Source: Promethearchaeota archaeon
GTDB taxonomy: Archaea; Asgardarchaeota; Lokiarchaeia; Sigyniarchaeales; SOKP01
Length of the DNA stretch: 64,000 nt
Direction: 5' to 3'
Assembly: GCA_019058445.1 (NCBI GenBank)
Contig: JAHPZA010000006.1
Coordinates: 352,001-416,000 of the forward strand
Shown one piece after another: positions 20,359 to 30,063 of this stretch (positions within the stretch are counted from its first letter, which is position 1; each line of letters begins with the position of its first letter). Below the pieces are notes generated by a model that worked only from the letters and a program-made list of their open reading frames with translations, ran no database searches and was not told the origin of the DNA. The translations under genes were made by a program, and so were the position numbers.

Positions 20359-21186
20359 TTATTTTTGAGGTATTCTTGAAGGAATCAAAACAATTTCATC
20401 CTCAACTCTTAGATTATAATCTTTTATTTGGGCGTTTTCATTCATAATTATACCTCCTGTAGATAAGAGAAAATCTTCCAAATTGTAATCAAATATAACT
20501 GCCAATTGATCCTTAACTACATGTACAAATTCATTTGATTCTATATTGATTGTTTTCTTCTTCTCCTTTGATTCAATTAATGAGATTGCATAAACAGAAA
20601 TAATTTTTGGCTCTTCAACAAGACTCATTGGTGGAATATATATGATTTCTTCGTCAGTTTTATAAAGGTTCTCAAACATGCTTTTAATTAAATTACTTCT
20701 TTCTTCCTGAGTAAAATATAGTAATTCTTTAATGAATTGCTTTTTATCAACCTCCGATAAACCTAAACGATTAATTTTAGCCAATTCATTAGGGTTGAGC
20801 TCTGTAAAAATAAAATTCTCAATAAAAGGCATCTCTTCATAAGATTTATCTGAATCAACATATTTCTGAATAGATGGCATATCATCCATATAAACTTCGA
20901 TAATATCAGTCGTTTCCTTTTCTTTAAGTAAACTTTTTCTCTTCTCAAGTGCCCTTACCTTAGACACGAATTGTTTTTTTCCAGTTAACTTATCATCCAT
21001 ACTTTCATGATGTATAACTGTATAAATCGTGCCTGTAGATAACACTACCACACTCCCTATAACCAATATGAATAAGAAAAGAGGATTCCCAAAGAAAAAA
21101 ATGAGATAGAATAGTATAGAAACAGCACATAGAGCTATTAATACCCCAATTCTTATTATTTTTTTTTTTGATGTATTTGTACTCAT
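20359..21186 (-). CDS. Two-TM membrane protein with C-terminal ubiquitin-like domain
   Basis: Two N-terminal hydrophobic helices; the last ~80 aa align without gaps to the Ubl at 22201-22554 but lack a terminal Gly. Confidence 0.72.
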   Translation of the reverse strand: MSTNTSKKKIIRIGVLIALCAVSILFYLIFFFGNPLFLFILVIGSVVVLSTGTIYTVIHHESMDDKLTGKKQFVSKVRALEKRKSLLKEKETTDIIEVYMDDMPSIQKYVDSDKSYEEMPFIENFIFTELNPNELAKINRLGLSEVDKKQFIKELLYFTQEERSNLIKSMFENLYKTDEEIIYIPPMSLVEEPKIISVYAISLIESKEKKKTINIESNEFVHVVKDQLAVIFDYNLEDFLLSTGGIIMNENAQIKDYNLRVEDEIVLIPSRIPQK

Positions 21187-21270
21187 AATTTTATCATCAT
21201 TTTCTCACGATTATTATATTCATTTTCTTCAATAAAAATGCAATAGGATTAAATATGAAGTAATTCAAAT

Positions 21271-21942
21271 TCAATCTCTACGAACAAATTTTACAGCTTT
21301 TAAGTACCTCTCATTATTTAATTTATACAAATTTCTTGATTTTTCTTTTTCTACTTCTACCAACTTCAAATTAGTTAAAGCTTCTAAATATTTCTTAATA
21401 GTATTATGATTTTTCTTAAGACCATCGGCTATCTCTGTAATCTTGAGCGGTCTTTCATTCTTCATAAGTGTAATAATAGACTGGACAATATCATTTGCCA
21501 TATAATAGTATAATTGATCATATTTAGGATTTGAATCAAAATTGAAGAATATGCATCGATTCCTGATTTTTTTAGATCTGATAAATTGAAATTTTTCCAA
21601 AGCTGAAAGATGCCACAAGGCCAAATTGCTTCCTAAATTATGTGCTTTCATTATTTCATTGATGTTTTTACCAGGATTTTGTTGTATGTATTTATAAATT
21701 TCATTCCTTGTTGGATTATCAATAATATCCTTTTTCATTAATTTATTTCCAGAAATTATTATCCTTTTCTTGATTAAGGATTTAATAATGAGTTCGATTT
21801 TATTCTTATTTATATCAGGGTTATGTTTAACCCTGTTATTTACAAATTCCACTATATCTTTCATTGAAAAGAAAGGCTTCTTTGACAAATATTCTCTAAC
21901 TATTTCTAAAACTATCTTTTCAGCATTATTCGAAGAGCTCAT
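21271..21942 (-). CDS. Multi-winged-helix transcriptional regulator (COG3398-like)
   Basis: NPTRNEIYKYIQQNPG...LWHLSALEK and LKITEIADGLKKNHNTIKKYLEAL wHTH units. Confidence 0.75.
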   Translation of the reverse strand: MSSSNNAEKIVLEIVREYLSKKPFFSMKDIVEFVNNRVKHNPDINKNKIELIIKSLIKKRIIISGNKLMKKDIIDNPTRNEIYKYIQQNPGKNINEIMKAHNLGSNLALWHLSALEKFQFIRSKKIRNRCIFFNFDSNPKYDQLYYYMANDIVQSIITLMKNERPLKITEIADGLKKNHNTIKKYLEALTNLKLVEVEKEKSRNLYKLNNERYLKAVKFVRRD

Positions 21943-22200
21943 AATCTAATATTTTACTCGTGCCAAATAGCCCGGTTTTTAATAAGCTTCTTTCTTTCTA
22001 AGTTAAAATATTATGTTTATAAATTATATTATTCCTTCACTCAATTTATAGTATTGTTATTTAAGAAACTTTGAGTGTTTCAATTTATTTTTTTCAGAAT
22101 AATAAAAATCTTCACATTTATTCCTAATTCATTCAAATAATCCCAACAGTATCATTCTATTAACTAAAACAAATAAAAAAAAATAAAATGAGTGATTATT

Positions 22201-22554
22201 ATGAGTTTTAAAGATGAATTTGATGAGGATTTAGGAGATGGTATTGAAGTCCCTGTACCAGTATCAAAAACTCCAGCTGGCAAGACTCCCACAGCAGGAG
22301 GGAGTAATATTGCTCTCTATTTCACATCTACAATTGGTCCTGGTGAGAAAAAACAGAAGTTAACCGTTAACGACGGCAATGCCGTAAGCGATATCAAGCG
22401 AACCATTGGAAATATTTTTGGTTTAAATCCGGCTGATTTTCACCTATCCTCGGGTGGAGTAACTATGGATGATGGTTCATCCCTAAATAATTATAGTGTA
22501 TCCAATGGAGACGAAGTCCTCTTAATCCCTGCTAGTACCGCAGGATATGAATAA
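22201..22554 (+). CDS. Ubiquitin-like (beta-grasp) protein with N-terminal extension and C-terminal STAG-YE
   Basis: KLTVNDGNAVSDIKRTIG..FGLNPADFHLSSGGVTMDDGSSLNNYSVSNGDEVLLIP follows the ubiquitin pattern (TI..VK...L.F.G..L.D..TL.DY.I......L.L). Confidence 0.82.
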   Translation: MSFKDEFDEDLGDGIEVPVPVSKTPAGKTPTAGGSNIALYFTSTIGPGEKKQKLTVNDGNAVSDIKRTIGNIFGLNPADFHLSSGGVTMDDGSSLNNYSVSNGDEVLLIPASTAGYE

Positions 22555-22632
22555 AGGTTTTATAACTTTCCAAATTTAATTCTTTTTTTTTTATATTATT
22601 TTTAAAATAAATAAAAATAGTGGTGCTTAGAA

Positions 22633-23301
22633 TTGGCAAAAAAGAAATGGTTTGCTAAGCTAGCTAATTTATTTTCAAAACCACAAAGCACAAATCATAG
22701 AAATTCTCGCACCACTGTAAGCTCTCCTTCAAGATCAATAAATCGTACTACTTCTCGCACTGCTACGAGAACGCCTACAAGAACAGTAAATCATAGAACA
22801 ACTCGCACTACTATGCGCACTCCTACAAGAACTGTAAATCGTACAATATCTCGCACTACATCACGTACTACAGTACACTCTAATACTAGCCCTATTAATC
22901 GAACAAGAACAACGAATACCCAAACAGTATACAGGCAAACGACATCGAATTCAAAATCAGTTCATAGAACTTATACTAGTGGAAGGTCAGCAGTTACAAA
23001 AAAAACATATAGTTTAAAGAAGTTAAGACCAAGGGGTACAATTCTTTACAAGGAAGATTTCAAGTGTATATTTTGTTTTCAATTACCAAAACTTCCTGAA
23101 GATGAGAAAAGAGGAATTGTTATTTGTCCTCACTGTGGACACCCAGCACACGCTGATGAGTTTAGAAGTTGGTTAAAAAGCTCGAGACTTTGTTCTCGAT
23201 GTGATCGACCTTTCTCGATTACCTTCATTCAAAACATAGAAATAATCCCGACGCCTGTGTATATAAAGGCTATGAAGATTATTATGAAAAAAGGAAAATA
23301 A
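22633..23301 (+). CDS. RING-H2-like protein (putative E3) with amphipathic N-terminus and Thr/Arg-rich repeat linker
   Basis: CIFC-x16-CPHCGHPAH...W.....CSRC; N-terminal KKWFAKLANLF; RTT/RTP repeats. Confidence 0.72.
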   Translation: MAKKKWFAKLANLFSKPQSTNHRNSRTTVSSPSRSINRTTSRTATRTPTRTVNHRTTRTTMRTPTRTVNRTISRTTSRTTVHSNTSPINRTRTTNTQTVYRQTTSNSKSVHRTYTSGRSAVTKKTYSLKKLRPRGTILYKEDFKCIFCFQLPKLPEDEKRGIVICPHCGHPAHADEFRSWLKSSRLCSRCDRPFSITFIQNIEIIPTPVYIKAMKIIMKKGK

Positions 23302-23437
23302 TAGTTATATTAAATGTTATTCCTTAAGTTAAAATTTAGCAATAATAAATTAAATCAAAATAGTTTTAGGAAAAGATTCATTATATCTCCCATTAATTAA
23401 CGATAAAAATCGAATTACTCGTAAAAAACGAACACTA

Positions 23438-26377
23438 ATGCTCTCTGATCAACTTAAAGAACAGCTAAAAGGATTCAAGACAGACAAAGAGTTAAAGAAA
23501 GAATTCAAAAAAATCGCTTCTAAAGACCCAGATTCATATTTTCCTACTAAAGAACTTAAAAATTTAGGATACATGAGAAAACATTGCAAATGCGGGACTT
23601 ATTTCTGGACCACCAATAAAAATAGAAATGTTTGTGGCGATCCTGCATGTTCTGGAGGATTTCAAGTGGTTATAGACAATCCCTCTCCTGTGAAATTATC
23701 GTATATCGATGTTTGGAAAAAAATCGTAGAAGTTCTTGAACCTAGGGGTTATAAACCTATAAAAAGATATCCATGTGTGGCTAGGTGGAATCCAACCACC
23801 GAATTTACGATCGCCTCGATTTCTGCGTTTCAACCTTATGTAATTACAGGTGAAGTGGAACCTCCTGCAAAAAAGCTTTTAATTCCCCAATTTTGCTTAA
23901 GATTCAATGATATTGAGAACGTAGGTTTGACTGGCTCACATTGCTGTGGCTTCGTAATGATAGGGCAACACACGTTTGTCTCTCCAGAAGAATGGGATCA
24001 AGGACAGCTGTTCATGGATATGCATGATTTCATTCATAAAGGTGTTGGTTTAGCTAAAGAAGAAATTACGATTCATGAAGATTCTTGGGCAGGAGGAGGA
24101 TCTTTCGGCTGTAGCCTCGAATTTTTCAGTAGAGGCGTTGAATTATTTAATCAAGTATATACTATGTTTGAACAGACTCCTAATGGTCCTCGAGATTTGA
24201 AGCTTAAAGTACTTGATATGGGATTGGGTCAGGAACGCGTCGCATGGTTTTCACAAGGCACTCCTAATATGTATGAAGCAGTATTTCCGTATGTTTTAAA
24301 AAAATTGAGAGAAATTACAAAAATCGAGTTAGATTTGGATTTGTATAATAAATTTTCTCAGTATTCTGCTTATTTAAACATGGATGAAGTTGATAATATG
24401 GATGCAGCTTGGGGGCGTGTTGCTCAAGAACTTAATATTGATGTAAAGGATTTAAAAAAAAAAATCTTGCCTATGACCGGTCTTTATTCCGTTGCCGAAC
24501 ATGCGCGGAGCTTATTATTTGCCATTAATGATGGGAAATTACCGTCAAATGTAGGAGGTGGATACAACTTAAGAGTGATTTTTAGGCGTGCTATAAGTTT
24601 TATTGATAAATTTAATTGGAATATTGATATTGCAGATGTATGTTCTTGGCACGCAAAAGAGTTAAAAGAACTATTTCCAGAAGTTTCTGAACACCTAGAT
24701 GAAATTAGAGAAATACTTGGAGTTGAAAGAGAGAAATTTTATGCTACAAAGAAAAAAGCTAAAAAAATTTTAGAAAAGGTATTAGAAAAAGGTGGAATAA
24801 CTAAAGAGACGTTGATTGAATTATACGATTCGAATGGGATTAGTCCCGATATGGTCAAAACCACAGCAAAAGATTATAATATTAAAATTAAAATACCAGA
24901 TGACTTTTACTCATTAGTTGTCGAAAGACATGAGAAAGTCGAACAAATTCATGCGACAACAAAACAAATCGAGTTAGATTTAGCTGGTATCCCAGAAACG
25001 AAATCCCTCTACTACTATGATTATACGGAAACCTCTAATGAGGCGAAAGTATTAAAAATCCTTGATAATATGGTAATTTTAGACCAATCTGTAGCTTATC
25101 CGACATCAGGAGGGCAATTACATGATATTGGAACGATAAATAATCAACCTTTCAACGATGTATTTAAACAAGGAAACCATATTATACATGTTTTAGAGGA
25201 AAAGCCGAGGTTTAAAGAGGGGGATGTTGTCAAAGTGGAGGTAGATCATGAATGGAGAACACAACTCGCACAACACCACACAGCAACTCATATTGTAAAT
25301 GCTGCTGCCCGGGAAATTTTAGGCTCACATATAAATCAAGCCGGAGCTAAAAAAACATTGAAGAACTCTCACTTGGATGTTACCCATCATGAACAGATAT
25401 CTAATGAGAACCTTATTCAAATTGAGGAAAAAGCCAATGAAATCGTAAAGAAAGGAATAGATCTCTATCTTGATTTTATTCCACGTTCGGATGCCGAAAA
25501 AAAATATGGAATGGCAATATATCAAGGTGGGGCAGTTCCCGGAAAATTTGTTAGAATAGTAGAAGTTCCAAGTGTGGATGTGGAGGCTTGTGGCGGAACT
25601 CATCTTAATAATACATCTGAAGCTGGTGAGATTAAAATTACCAAATCCCAGAAAATTCAAGATGGGATAGTGAGGTTAACTTTTACTGCAGGAGAGGCAA
25701 CAGAAAAATTGAAAGAAAGAAATAAAGAATTATTAAGTGAACTTGGAATTATTTTAAATGTTGATTCTGATAAAATTGTGGGAAGAGTTAAGGAATTATT
25801 AGAAAAATGGAAAAATGTAAACAAAGCCCTAAAAAGTGGCAAAGTTAAACAAGAAGATTTGGAACTGAATTCGAGTGAAACTTATGAGGGAGACTTACTA
25901 TCTGAAATCTCTCAAATTCTTAATGTAAAGAAAGACCAAATCCCGTCAAAGGTTCGAAAATTACTTGGTGAGTGGGAAGATAATAAATCAAAATTGAACC
26001 AGATTAGTCCAGAATATATTAATCAATTAATTAAGAACGCAAAATCCTATAAAACCTATAAAGTTGTTATTGGATCTTTTCGAGATTTGGATAATAAAGA
26101 CATTCAGAGTGTAAGTTCTAATGTATTAAAAAGGGATGATGACTATATTACTATATTTTTTAATGAAAAAACTAAAGCTATAAGTGTTATAGGTATGTTG
26201 GGGGCGAGAGCAATCGAAGAGGGAGTTTTTAACATGGGGAAATTCATCCGTGAAACTGTAGAACACTTTGGAGGTAGAGGGGGCGGTAAAATAGATTTTG
26301 GTTCTGGTTCCGCAGCAAATATATCTATGGATGCAATTAAAAACTATGTAAATAAAAAATTATTTGAAGAACAGTAG
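23438..26377 (+). CDS. alaS: Alanyl-tRNA synthetase (archaeal type)
   Basis: N-terminal CKC/CGDPAC zinc finger, RYPCVARW, PQFCLRFND, DMGLGQER, editing HTATH and ACGGTH, C-Ala GGRGGG. Confidence 0.96.
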   Translation: MLSDQLKEQLKGFKTDKELKKEFKKIASKDPDSYFPTKELKNLGYMRKHCKCGTYFWTTNKNRNVCGDPACSGGFQVVIDNPSPVKLSYIDVWKKIVEVLEPRGYKPIKRYPCVARWNPTTEFTIASISAFQPYVITGEVEPPAKKLLIPQFCLRFNDIENVGLTGSHCCGFVMIGQHTFVSPEEWDQGQLFMDMHDFIHKGVGLAKEEITIHEDSWAGGGSFGCSLEFFSRGVELFNQVYTMFEQTPNGPRDLKLKVLDMGLGQERVAWFSQGTPNMYEAVFPYVLKKLREITKIELDLDLYNKFSQYSAYLNMDEVDNMDAAWGRVAQELNIDVKDLKKKILPMTGLYSVAEHARSLLFAINDGKLPSNVGGGYNLRVIFRRAISFIDKFNWNIDIADVCSWHAKELKELFPEVSEHLDEIREILGVEREKFYATKKKAKKILEKVLEKGGITKETLIELYDSNGISPDMVKTTAKDYNIKIKIPDDFYSLVVERHEKVEQIHATTKQIELDLAGIPETKSLYYYDYTETSNEAKVLKILDNMVILDQSVAYPTSGGQLHDIGTINNQPFNDVFKQGNHIIHVLEEKPRFKEGDVVKVEVDHEWRTQLAQHHTATHIVNAAAREILGSHINQAGAKKTLKNSHLDVTHHEQISNENLIQIEEKANEIVKKGIDLYLDFIPRSDAEKKYGMAIYQGGAVPGKFVRIVEVPSVDVEACGGTHLNNTSEAGEIKITKSQKIQDGIVRLTFTAGEATEKLKERNKELLSELGIILNVDSDKIVGRVKELLEKWKNVNKALKSGKVKQEDLELNSSETYEGDLLSEISQILNVKKDQIPSKVRKLLGEWEDNKSKLNQISPEYINQLIKNAKSYKTYKVVIGSFRDLDNKDIQSVSSNVLKRDDDYITIFFNEKTKAISVIGMLGARAIEEGVFNMGKFIRETVEHFGGRGGGKIDFGSGSAANISMDAIKNYVNKKLFEEQ

Positions 26378-26596
26378 AAGCTCTTAAATCCTTAATTTTA
26401 AAAAATACTAATTTTTCTTCTATATAGAGAGATTTTAAATCTTTAATTTTTTTGGGAGATAACTGGTATAATTAACCCAAACCGTCAATACTTAGCATCT
26501 ATATAGAATATATATGTTACTATAAAATATAAGGAATTCACTTATAACCCCCTATTCTCTTTTTTTTATTGAGAATAGAAGAAAAAAGGGATATAT

Positions 26597-26785
26597 GTGA
26601 AAGAAGATTTATTATTTGAATTATTAGAAGAAAAAGAGGAATATAGCAACCTCCAATATTATCTTGGAAAATCCCAGAATTCAATAATAAGGTTATCGAT
26701 AAATAATATTATCGACCAGATTAATAAAAAAATAAATCAGATTTCTAATGAACTCCTTTCTGTAAATCATTTTAAAAATAAATAA
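26597..26785 (+). CDS. Small hypothetical helical protein
   Basis: 62-aa ORF, GGGA upstream of GTG, co-oriented with the downstream operon. Confidence 0.4.
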   Translation: MKEDLLFELLEEKEEYSNLQYYLGKSQNSIIRLSINNIIDQINKKINQISNELLSVNHFKNK

Positions 26786-26814
26786 AACATAGAATTATAA
26801 ATATTAGATGAAAT

Positions 26815-27627
26815 ATGGTAGAATTAATACAAATATCTGATTTACATTACGGAAGTAATGAATTTAATGAAGAATGTCTTTTAAATGTAATAGATTATAT
26901 TAATGATGTTCGACCGGATGCGGTGATATGCACAGGAGATTTGACCCATAAAGCTAAGAAATATCAATATGAGGATATCGCTCAGTATTTGGCTGATATT
27001 AAAGTTCCAATTTTTAATGTTATTGGAAACCATGATGTGAAGAACAATGGAGTAGTCTTTTTCGAACGGTATATAGGACCAAGGAGATGGAAAATAAATC
27101 TTAATGAGAAAAACACGATGATTATGGGTGTCCGTAGCCCCCGGGATAATACGTCTGAAGGAGAGCTCGGGGATGAACAATTAGAGTGGATGGTGAACCA
27201 TCTAAAACATTCAAAAAATATACTTAAAGTACTTGCACTTCATCATCATCTGGTAGCTGTGCCTTATGCTGGAACGAAGCGAGATACACTAATTGATGCG
27301 GGAGAAGCGCTGGAATTAACCCAAGCATATAACATCGATTTAGTACTTATGGGACATAGACATGTACCTCATGTTTGGAGATTTGGTAATACTGCATTAC
27401 TTTATTGTGGGACAACTTCAAGCGATAAAGTTAGGGCGGATGAATCTCCCTGCTTTAATCAGATTAGTCTTTATGAGGATGAATTGGAAGTTTTTGTTGT
27501 AGATTCCTGTAGTTTACAAAGAAAGCTCTTAATTTCGCAAAAAAGAGGCGAAATTGACTATGTCAGACCAAGAAAGGCAAGAATCGATCATTTAATACAA
27601 ACTAAAGTTTTTCAAGATACATTTTAG
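26815..27627 (+). CDS. Calcineurin-like metallophosphoesterase (Icc/CpdA-like), paralogue 1
   Basis: SDLH, TGD, GNHD, HHH, GHRH. Confidence 0.88.
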   Translation: MVELIQISDLHYGSNEFNEECLLNVIDYINDVRPDAVICTGDLTHKAKKYQYEDIAQYLADIKVPIFNVIGNHDVKNNGVVFFERYIGPRRWKINLNEKNTMIMGVRSPRDNTSEGELGDEQLEWMVNHLKHSKNILKVLALHHHLVAVPYAGTKRDTLIDAGEALELTQAYNIDLVLMGHRHVPHVWRFGNTALLYCGTTSSDKVRADESPCFNQISLYEDELEVFVVDSCSLQRKLLISQKRGEIDYVRPRKARIDHLIQTKVFQDTF

Positions 27628-27752
27628 TAAACGTTCTCTTTCTTCATTGAATAAAAAAAGAATTAAATATCTCAAGAGATATTTTTATTTAACTCAATTA
27701 ATATCTTATTATTTAAATAATAATATCATAAAATTAAATCGTTGAATTAATT

Positions 27753-28586
27753 ATGGCGGGTATTGAGATTATTCAGATAAGTGATTTACACTTTGGCTCA
27801 GGCTTTAAAGATGATTATATCAAAAATGTCATTAAGTATATCAAACTCTGTAATCCTGATGTTGTAATTTGCACGGGTGACGTAATTCACAAGGGAAGAA
27901 TTGTGCAATATAAAGGTATTCTTCCCTATATTAATGAAATTAAAGGAATTACGAGATTTTTAGCCGTGCCAGGAAATCATGATGCAAAGAATAGTGGTCT
28001 TATTTTTTTTGAGAAACTAATCGGTCCACGACGTTCTTATATGCACATAGAGGAAAAAAATTCGATTTTGATTGGACTTTGCAGTGCAAGAGATGACATG
28101 GCAGAGGGGGAAATTGGAGATGAGCAATTAGATTATTGTGGAAGATATCTAAATGCTTATAAAAATTTAGAAAATAAGGTACTCGCTTTGCACCATCATT
28201 TAATTCCTGTGCCTATGTCGGGACAAAAATTTACTACAGTGAGGGATGCCGGAGAACTCTTAGAATTTGCTCAATATTTTGAAGTGGACTTAGTTTTAAT
28301 GGGACATCGTCATGTACCTCATGCATATGTTATAGATTGGGAAGATAACTCAAGCACTACTTTTCTCTATTGTGGTACCTCAACTTCGAATAAGGTCAGA
28401 TCTGATGATTACCCTTGTTTTAATCACATTTTTCTCGATGAAGGCAATTTAGAAGTGTTTATTGTGAATTCCACTAATTTAGAGAAAAGTCTCTTATTAG
28501 AGCGACAAGAACATCATACAAAATTCATAAGACCTCGTAAAACACGTATAGATCATTTGCTTGCTTCAAAAGTTTGGGATGAATGA
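27753..28586 (+). CDS. Calcineurin-like metallophosphoesterase, paralogue 2
   Basis: Same five motifs; tandem paralogue sharing the C-terminal RPRK.RIDHL. Confidence 0.88.
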   Translation: MAGIEIIQISDLHFGSGFKDDYIKNVIKYIKLCNPDVVICTGDVIHKGRIVQYKGILPYINEIKGITRFLAVPGNHDAKNSGLIFFEKLIGPRRSYMHIEEKNSILIGLCSARDDMAEGEIGDEQLDYCGRYLNAYKNLENKVLALHHHLIPVPMSGQKFTTVRDAGELLEFAQYFEVDLVLMGHRHVPHAYVIDWEDNSSTTFLYCGTSTSNKVRSDDYPCFNHIFLDEGNLEVFIVNSTNLEKSLLLERQEHHTKFIRPRKTRIDHLLASKVWDE

Positions 28587-28655
28587 TTGTAACTATAAAA
28601 TCTTAAATATAAAATTTGATAGTTAGTTAATTCAGAAAAGGAGTAAAATCACATC

Positions 28656-29081
28656 ATGCCTGAATATAAATATCCCGCATTAACTGCTGATGCAGTTATT
28701 AAATACGAAAAGAATAAGATAGTCCTAATTCGGAGGAAAAATCCCCCTTTTAAGGGAAAGCTGGCTTTGCCTGGAGGATTTGTAGATAATAAAGAAACTC
28801 CAGAGCAAGCATGCATTAGAGAAGCTAAAGAGGAAACCAACTTAGATATAAAAATTATTAAAAAAATTGGTATTTTTTCAGGTCCCGACCGCGATCCAAG
28901 AGGGCTTGTAGTTACAGTCGCATTTTTATGTGAACCCCAAAAGAAGAGCGAAGCACCTAAGGCTCAAGATGATGCTTCCGGATTAGAAATCGTGCCATTT
29001 TCAAAACTTGCTTCTTTAGAGTTTGCTTTTGACCATAAAGATATTTTAAAAAGAGCCGGAATAATCAAAAATATAGATTAG
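28656..29081 (+). CDS. Nudix hydrolase (ADP-ribose pyrophosphatase-like)
   Basis: LPGGFVDNKETPEQACIREAKEETNL Nudix box, RDPRG, AFDH. Confidence 0.9.
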   Translation: MPEYKYPALTADAVIKYEKNKIVLIRRKNPPFKGKLALPGGFVDNKETPEQACIREAKEETNLDIKIIKKIGIFSGPDRDPRGLVVTVAFLCEPQKKSEAPKAQDDASGLEIVPFSKLASLEFAFDHKDILKRAGIIKNID

Positions 29082-29107
29082 TTTAAAATTTTTCAATCAA
29101 AATTGGA

Positions 29108-29908
29108 TTATTCTTTATCAAAATATAATTCAAAACATTTACAGCAAGGTATACCAATATTTATCTCATTATAATAAAAATCATTAAAATTTTCCGATTC
29201 CTCAATAAGATCTAATAATATTTCTTTTAACTTCATCAAGCTAGGGTCTCTACTGTAATAAAATTTTTTGAGGGCGTCATAATGATTTTTTTTTTTGCAG
29301 ATGGGACAAATTGAAAAATATTGCAAAAACTTTTTGAATTCACTGTCTTCTCTTGGAATAAAAATAGAAAAATCTTCTATTTGATAATAGGGTTCAATTT
29401 TCTCAATCAAGATTTTAAAGATAGTCTCTTTTTTCTGTTTGAGATCTTTATCATAAATAGATATGAAAAAAATCCCATCTAAATCAAACTGTTCAATTAA
29501 GTTATAAATTTCTTCATCAGTAACTTCACGTATATTTAAATCATCCTTAGTTCCTACTAGAACAATTGGTATTTTATAATTATTTATTATTCCATTTTTC
29601 CTAACTGTTTTTATCCAGAAGTTCAATTCTTTAAAAGACGCATGATTTGATAAATCAAAACATAAAATAGCACATGATACCCCCCTACAAAATACAGGAA
29701 ATAGAAAACGAAATCTTTCTTTTACATTAGGATCCCAACAGATAAATTGATAGGAATCTCCATTATTTATAATACATTCAATCGGCCGAAATGACACTCC
29801 CAAATTATTGAATTCAAGATTAAAAGATGCCTTTCCATCTAAAAATGAAGTCTTCCCCGAGCCAGCAGCTCCTCCAATTATCATTTTTAGCTTATATGTT
29901 CTAACCAT
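29108..29908 (-). CDS. Divergent Rab-like GTPase with C-terminal zinc-binding domain, paralogue 1
   Basis: GAAGSGKTS, WDPNVKE (degenerate G3), GTKDD; CPIC...H...PCCKC. Confidence 0.78.
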   Translation of the reverse strand: MVRTYKLKMIIGGAAGSGKTSFLDGKASFNLEFNNLGVSFRPIECIINNGDSYQFICWDPNVKERFRFLFPVFCRGVSCAILCFDLSNHASFKELNFWIKTVRKNGIINNYKIPIVLVGTKDDLNIREVTDEEIYNLIEQFDLDGIFFISIYDKDLKQKKETIFKILIEKIEPYYQIEDFSIFIPREDSEFKKFLQYFSICPICKKKNHYDALKKFYYSRDPSLMKLKEILLDLIEESENFNDFYYNEINIGIPCCKCFELYFDKE

Positions 29909-30063
29909 GATATAGAGAATACCCTCAAATACCTGAAAAAAAATTACCTCAAACTTAACATGAAAATACTTATTAAAAAATGTTTTGATGTTTTACTTAA
30001 TCACAATCGATTTTCGGAGTAAAGCATCGATGATTCTTTATAGGATGAAATAATAAGGTTTTT

